Shown: positions 56,833-64,000 of the stretch, one piece after another
Layout of the letters: the number at the start of each line of letters is the position of its first letter
How positions within the stretch are numbered: the first letter of the stretch is position 1
Source: Octopus vulgaris
Taxonomy: Eukaryota
Length of the DNA: 64,000 bases
Reading direction: 5' to 3'
Assembly: GCA_951406725.2 (NCBI GenBank)
Contig: OX597823.1
Span: 86,614,001 to 86,678,000 of the forward strand
Program-made: the position numbers and the translations under genes
The notes under the pieces: generated by a model
Databases searched by the model: none
Told to the model about the DNA's origin: nothing
Seen by the model: the letters and a program-made list of their open reading frames with translations, nothing else

Positions 56833-57651
56833 GCGTGTGTGTGTGTGAGCGTATGTATATATTCTCGTCTTAATATAAATTACGAAATATATATTTACAT
56901 ATTATGTCTAAGAACACACGAAGCACTCGGGGTTTCATTGACGAACGTCTTATCCTTGTTTGCATTATACTGCGTATTTGAAGTGTCCTAAAGTTTCCAA
57001 ATAAAAGATATTTCAAATATTTCTATGAACTCATCTGTGTCGATATAAGATGGTTAAGAGACCAAAGTCAGGACGTTTGTTGCTTTTTTGTACGTAGAGT
57101 AGATAATTTTATTCATTTCCATATATCTATTCCATTATTTTAAATTTTTTCATGAGAAAATACAGAACTGGTTGGTTGATTAGTTTATCTTAAAAGTACC
57201 ATTGAAGAAATGTAGCGAGAATAGCATAATTATTTTTAAGATATATATTGATTATAACTGTTAAATAACATTGTCAACGTCAAAGAACTTTTGTTTCTCA
57301 AGATGGCGTCTATCGGCAAACTGTCACCTGTCTTAGAGTTAACATTACAATCTGACATTTTCTATTTGTGAAAGACGGCTACTTCACATGTCTTGCATAG
57401 AGTTACATTAGAGGCTGATATATTTTTCTCTATTTTTGGGAGGTGGGGAAATAAAGACAAATATCTATGCGTGTGTGCGTTTATATGTGTATGTATATAT
57501 GTAAATACATACATGTGAATAAAAGAATCACGAGTGGGGTTTCATAAATCTTACTTTTCCTACATTTCGCCATTTTTATCATGATTTTTGTTTTAACTTT
57601 CCTTTTTGTGTTTCGTTAGTTTTTGAACCAAAAACACTAAAAAAAACACAC

Positions 57652-57699
<48 letters not shown>

Positions 57700-57744
57700 G
57701 AGTTATAATATAAACAATAAAAGAATAACATTTCTTTTCCTTAG

Positions 57745-57825
57745 AATCAATAGAACTGTAGTGATGTTCGAAAAATTTTGACAGTTAATGATTCCGTGGA
57801 GTGCTATCTTCTGCATTATGCAAAG
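57745..57825 (+). other. Candidate spliced exon (non-coding or start-codon-containing)
   Basis: Acceptor atttcttttccttag| and donor AAG|GTAAGT in non-repeat sequence. All three frames have stops before 57788; ATG 57788 gives MIPWSAIFCIMQ. Confidence 0.35.
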
Positions 57826-58240
57826 GTAAGTTTTTCTGTTCTTACTCCCGTTCTTGATCTATCATTCTTTGATACATGCACACATACATATATACATACA
57901 TATATAAATACTACGTATATATATATATATATATATATAAGCTAACTACTTTATATAGGTATCTGTATATTCATGAATAAATGAGTAGTATCTGCTTTTG
58001 TATATATCTATGTATTAGCCTGAATGCAAGAAAGATTGGCATTAGAATTTAGTATAATATGTCATAACATTTTTTATTTACCTCTTCAGAAATTCTTTTG
58101 TCACTTATGATGGAAAAGCGTAATAGAGATTCAATATACATCCAATTATTCATTTTTTCTTATTATTGACAATGTTGACTTAAAGCCGATTTCTCGCGCT
58201 TACGCTTACAATATATACATATGCATATATACATATATGC

Positions 58241-58395
<155 letters not shown>

Positions 58396-58863
58396 CATAC
58401 ATATGTATCCAGTGTTTTGAAACTTATCTATTGTTCCCACTTTCGTTACTCTTGTTGAAAAAAATGAAACGCCAGGCTGAAATATATTTTGTTGGAATCT
58501 CGATTCAACTTCTTAATTTTAAAAAAGATAATAAAATAAAAAATAAAAATTAAACAATTCGTTGAAAGAAGCATAGAAATACATCGAAAACATCCATATT
58601 ATGTATGATGTTAACGTTTCCTTATATCTATTTTGATAGTGAATACTCATATGTGTTTTTCATTCTTGTGTTTTGTGTAGTGGCATACAGTAACATACGG
58701 TGCTTGAATCAGTTAATTTTATTCTAACGCTCACAACTTTCAATGAGTGATCGCAATTCTCCTTAAAAAGAACTTTTGGACTTTCAACGAGGTTGATTGT
58801 TTGTTATATTTTAAAGAAGTTAATATTTCTTCCTTTACAAAAGCATGATAAAATATATAGATA

Positions 58864-58945
<82 letters not shown>

Positions 58946-59054
58946 CTTTATCAGAAATTTGTTGTTAAACTTCGAACGATTCATAAGTGAATAAAATCAG
59001 ATCTGGTTTTAGAGATTATCGTCAGGTAAATTTGATTCGACAAGAATTACACAG

Positions 59055-59089
<35 letters not shown>

Positions 59090-59324
59090 TATATATATAT
59101 ATATATACACTACAGGCTACTTTCAATTTCCGTCTACCAAATCCGCTCACAAGTCTTTGGTCGGCCCGAAGCTATAGTAGAAGACACTTTCCGAAGGTGC
59201 CACGCAGTGGGATCGAACTCAGAACAATATGGTTGGTAATCAAGCTTCTTATCACACAGCCACTCCTGCACCTATCTATCCATTTATCTATCTATCTATC
59301 TGTACACACACACACAAACACACT

Positions 59325-59384
<60 letters not shown>

Positions 59385-59432
59385 CACACGCACACACACA
59401 CACATATATATATATATATGTACAAACACACG

Positions 59433-59466
<34 letters not shown>

Positions 59467-59594
59467 ATTTAGAGAAAAAACACTATTATACAATTCCATA
59501 ACGAAAGATCTTATTCACACCATATAGATAACATATACTATAAAAAAATTATTTAAAATCAATAAAGTACAAGAAATAATAAACAGTAGTAAAA

Positions 59595-59724
59595 AGACTA
59601 CGCACGTTTCGTAGCTATATTTTCAAATAGATAATAATAAATAATAATAATGAAATCAATTCAATTTAAAATTAGGTTGAACTAAAATTAATTATATTTA
59701 AAAATATTGTCACTCATCAAGTCT
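59595..59724 (-). ncRNA. Type I hammerhead motif with long extended stem II in PLE-like remnant (~59460-59900)
   Basis: agac-UUGAUGA-GUGACAAUAUUUUUAAAUA...UAUUUGAAAAUAUAGCUAC-GAAAC-GUGC-GUA-gucu. Confidence 0.6.
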
Positions 59725-59912
59725 AAGATAATAAATGATAAAATAAATAATAATAATAGAATAAATGTACTTATCTTAACTTATACTAATTATCAAATAA
59801 AAATATAAAAATATACATGTATTAAGTATAGATAATCGAAAAGCATTTAACTATATGTCTTAAAATAAAAATATAAACTTATCTTCTCGAAGGATTTTCG
59901 TTAATTGTAATA

Positions 59913-59971
<59 letters not shown>

Positions 59972-60027
59972 TATACAAACATACATACACACACAAACAT
60001 ACATACACACACACACACATATATTTA

Positions 60028-60077
<50 letters not shown>

Positions 60078-60079
<2 letters not shown>

Positions 60080-60513
60080 CTTATAATTAAGGGCTAAAGA
60101 AGGTTATTCTACAGTCAATACACTGATTTATCCACTTATAAACCACTTGTTACAGGAAACCATTACAATATGTAGCGGCGATAGGTCAACACGTTGTTCT
60201 GAGACTAACCTAGGAATTTTTATTTTTAGATATAAATGATGTACTTAAATGTAGTTGTGTTTTTAGCTTCTGCTTTTTCCATGATCACATGTGAGTATTT
60301 TATATATGTTCCCTCGTAAGCTCTACTGAAGAAGAATATATCATTTATAGGAATTAACTCCGAAATTGATTCAATATAGAGATAACGAAATTTAAATTTT
60401 CTAAAGGTTAGTTGCCCGCTTTCAGTTCAATTTTCCTGTAACAAGTGGATTATAAGTGGATAAATCAGTGTATTGGCTATAGAATAACCTTCTTTAGACC
60501 TTAATTATAAGAT
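60078..60513. mobile_element. Penelope-like fold-back element with 82-bp inverted arms
   Basis: Arms 60078-60159 / 60432-60513 match 78/82 and enclose a hammerhead motif. Confidence 0.8.
60321..60381 (+). ncRNA. Type I hammerhead motif with closed stem III
   Basis: cucua-CUGAAGA-[decayed stem II ...cucc]-GAAA-UUGA-u-UCAA-UA-uagag; stem I 5/5, site AUA. Confidence 0.6.
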
Positions 60514-60712
60514 GTTTATACTTCAACCGTAAAGGTTTTTTTAATATACTGCCACGCTTTTTGATGGAATCCTTTTCTGTAGAGAAAATGACTTCATCCT
60601 ATATTGTTAGTATATATATATATACCAGAGTAAGCACATAAATGTGGAACAAGGTGGGAAAAATTCGAATCCCAGAGTAATATATAGGGTATATATATAT
60701 ATGTATAATATA

Positions 60713-60817
<105 letters not shown>

Positions 60818-61139
60818 TGTGTTAAACACTTTCGGTATGCAAATTAGGAGCTCCTTCATATAGTAACTGCTGCATTTGCTGAGTATATAAGTAGCTTGTA
60901 TGCTTGTTTGTCTGGAGATTGTCAGGATGATATAGACTCTTCTAATAAAAACATAATAATCTTTGAAAATACATTAAGTTTGTTTATCATTGTTTTCTTT
61001 TCTTTTCAATCTGCGGAGAAATGGCTAAGTACTAAATGGAGCCAATTTAGCTCTACGCTTACATTTGAATAGCGTCTTATGCTGAATTTGAACTGTATTG
61101 GATTTCGAAGTTCTCTGCCTTTCATGGACACTGGAAGCA

Positions 61140-61430
61140 CTTCTCGAACTACGCCTGGCTCATAAGGGCCGGTATCCCGGTTTCCTTGGCGTATAGGTTC
61201 CCCACCTGGACAGGACACCGGTCCATTAGAGGTGACCTGCAAGATGCAGGAGTAAAGAGTGAGAGAAAGTTGTGGCGAAAGAGTCAGCAGAAGTTCGCCA
61301 TCACTTTCTGCCGGAGCCGCGTGGATGTTAAGTGTTTCGCTCATAAACACACACATCGCCCGGTCTGAGATTCGAACCCGCGATCCCTCGACCGCGAGTC
61401 CGCTGCTCTAACCTCTAGGCCATGTGCCTC
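61140..61430 (-). mobile_element. tRNA-derived SINE family D (D head + tail X), full length
   Basis: gaggcacatggcctagaggttagagcagcggactcgcggtcgagggatcgcgggttcgaatctcagacc (A/B boxes) ... ggaaaccgggataccggcccttatgagcc. Confidence 0.85.
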
Positions 61431-63142
61431 TGAAAGCATTTATAGTATTGTAATAATGAAACGTGTATCGATGTGCCCTTCAATTTCGTGGTCCGTTTAA
61501 TACGCTACTCAAGTTAGAAGGTTTATCTGGCGTAGTGCACAAACCAAATAATGTATTTTGTGAGAGAATACATTTTGATTTAATGTGGTACGTCAGTGAT
61601 ATTTCCAAATCCACTCGCAACGCTAGTGGGGTCATCAATTCTTTCGACTAGCCCCTTCTTGGTGGTGCTCCAGCATGGCCGCAGTATCATGACTGAAGCC
61701 CGATGAAAGAAAGACACCCTAACGAGTGCTTGTTTGTTTAAGGCATGGATATTGCACGAACCGAGAGATTTGCCTGCCTTCATAATTTATGTCCTTTAAA
61801 TATTCTTATTAACGCACGAAATTTCGTACAGATTTTTGCATGTTGCCAAAGCAAAATCCATGAAATTGAACGTTCAGATAAGGTGATATTTAAAGAAAAT
61901 AACTGGAGATAAATCACTTTTTCTGTGGGCTACCTGTTCCATTGTATTGTCTGCCAGTTTCTAATGTTGTGAAGCAGGCGTATCAAAGGAGATCAAATAT
62001 CGCTGCCACGGTAGTGAGCTACAATAGGAAAAAAGGTCATATACACACAGCACTTAACAATATAAGGCATTGTAAATATATAACAACAATGGCGAGGTAT
62101 TCCTGTCAGGTCAACTGGTTGATTCTTTCACTTGACAAGCTATTTATTTGCCTGCTTCGTTGTTTGGAATAAAGCACGAATTAAAAAGCAGAATAGAAGA
62201 TAATCAGCCTCAACTATTTTATCTTATCAGATAACAATCAGAAAAGTGAATCACATGAATTAAGGCTGAACATAACACAGAGGGCGACACTAGTCAGACA
62301 ATCTTTACTGTCATTGATGACTCTACTCGACTAAGCTGAGATGTAATTCTAACCCCATTTAATTGTATGACTGTATGTACGTGTGCGTGTGTGTGTCTAT
62401 ATATATATATCAATATATATATACAATGTAGTTACGTGTGCGTGTATATATATATGTGTGTGTGTATGTGTAGGAAGCTAAGAAGGTAGGTTGGGGTAAT
62501 AAAGGTAGCTAGGTAGATATATATTAGCGCGGCAAATTGTTATGATCTTTAGAGAGCTGAATCGTATTTATAGTGGTATTTGTTCCGACTCTCAACGCTC
62601 TGGGTTCAAATCTTATCAACTGAGCTCGACCATCCATATAAAGCACCAAACCATATACTAGTTTTCTTTCTTCTCTCCTCTCTCCCTCTCTCTCTCTCTC
62701 TCTACCTGTTTTTTCTATTTCCCTTTTCATTCTTTCTTTTTCCCTCTCTCTCACTCTCTCTGAATCGTGAGCGTTGCATTATGAGAACAGTTATGAGGAG
62801 ATCACTCATCATGTCCCTTCTTACAAAACTGAGTAATTGCTGAACGAGGAACTGTAAGCCTCAACTCCTACAATAACTGATATGTCAAGGACGAAGTGAT
62901 ATGAAATAGAACAGTAATAGAAAAAAGACAAAAAAATATATGTTTTATCCATATATCAATCTATCAATCTATTTCTCTCTCTCCCTCTCACTCTCTCTCT
63001 CACCCTCTCACTCTATATATATATAATGTATATATATGTGTATGTATATATGTATGTATATACATGCTTACACGCACACACATATATATATATGTATCTA
63101 TGTATGTATATATATATAGATAGATAGACAGACAGACAAACG

Positions 63143-63178
<36 letters not shown>

Positions 63179-64000
63179 CATACATACATACATACATACA
63201 TACATACATACATACATACATACATACATACATACATAGAAATGAGTAGTGCAATCGTCAAGGTAGTACCCCAGTATAGATCTATTTGTCTGAAGGCGGC
63301 GAGTTGACAGAAACGTTAGTACGCCGGACGAAATGCGTAGCCGTACTTCGTCTGCCGTTACGTTCTGAGTTCAAATTCCACCGACGTCGACTTTGCTTTT
63401 CATCCTTTCGAGGTCGATAAATTAAGTATATAGCAACAAAACGTCACCAGCTTTGTAAACAGCATGAAGTGCGAAAGCAAACGGGTGAACTACGCAAATA
63501 ACGTGAGACGAAAATGCAAAACAGGACAAGTAACACTGAAAACAACACTTCAACATTGTCAGCTGTCTATCTAATCCTCATTTCCAGCATTCAACGAAAA
63601 TATAGGTCTTCGAAGACAGTATCCCATAAATTCGAAAATACATTTTGGATTTATGGAGGGTTACAGTGGGGAGCTAAACAGGACAATGGAGACATAGAAA
63701 GAAACCGAACGAAAACAAACACGGTGGGTCATTAGACCAGAACGAGAAGAAAATAGTGAAAGCTGGGAGAAATATTTTCTCTGAAAAGAGAAGAGATAGA
63801 AGAGAGAGGATGAAAACCATCCAGTCCTTAGAACGTCGTGTAGGAAAAGAAAGATGGACGATTGTCACGTGTGTACAACGAGAGAGATGAAAAAGAGAAA
63901 GAGGGTGAGAGAGAGTGAGAGAGACAGATTGAAAACTGTAAAGGGGCGAAAAAGCGAATTAGAGAAGCATGGGGAGAAAAGAGTATAGAGCAGAATAGAT

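Overview
AT-rich, microsatellite-saturated eukaryotic non-coding DNA (intronic or intergenic). The repeat families look like those of octopus genomes, which is an inference from the tRNA-derived SINEs. No intact protein-coding gene is supported: nearly all listed ORFs are read-throughs of microsatellites or SINEs. The window is a mosaic of four element groups. (1) At least four tRNA-headed SINE families, some in tandem multimers, an inverted pair, or head/tail-shuffled chimeras. (2) Decayed DNA transposons: two copies of one internally deleted mariner, a longer mariner, a full-length hAT of the SPIN/Charlie type, a Tigger/pogo-type element, a non-autonomous Helitron, and weaker hAT and piggyBac traces. 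(3) Decayed LINEs: CR1-clade, RTE-clade, an R4/Dong-like element and an ORF1-like remnant. (4) Many short Penelope-like (PLE) remnants. The most notable signal is a dense set of minimal type I hammerhead-ribozyme motifs (about 8 well formed plus several degenerate), mostly with palindromic stem III and often inside fold-back structures. One belongs to a composite element at 35722-36330: Pol III tRNA-like head + microsatellite + hammerhead tail + inverted second hammerhead copy, bounded by a perfect 12-bp target-site duplication. One possible host exon lies at 57745-57825. All calls were made by eye and none were checked against databases.
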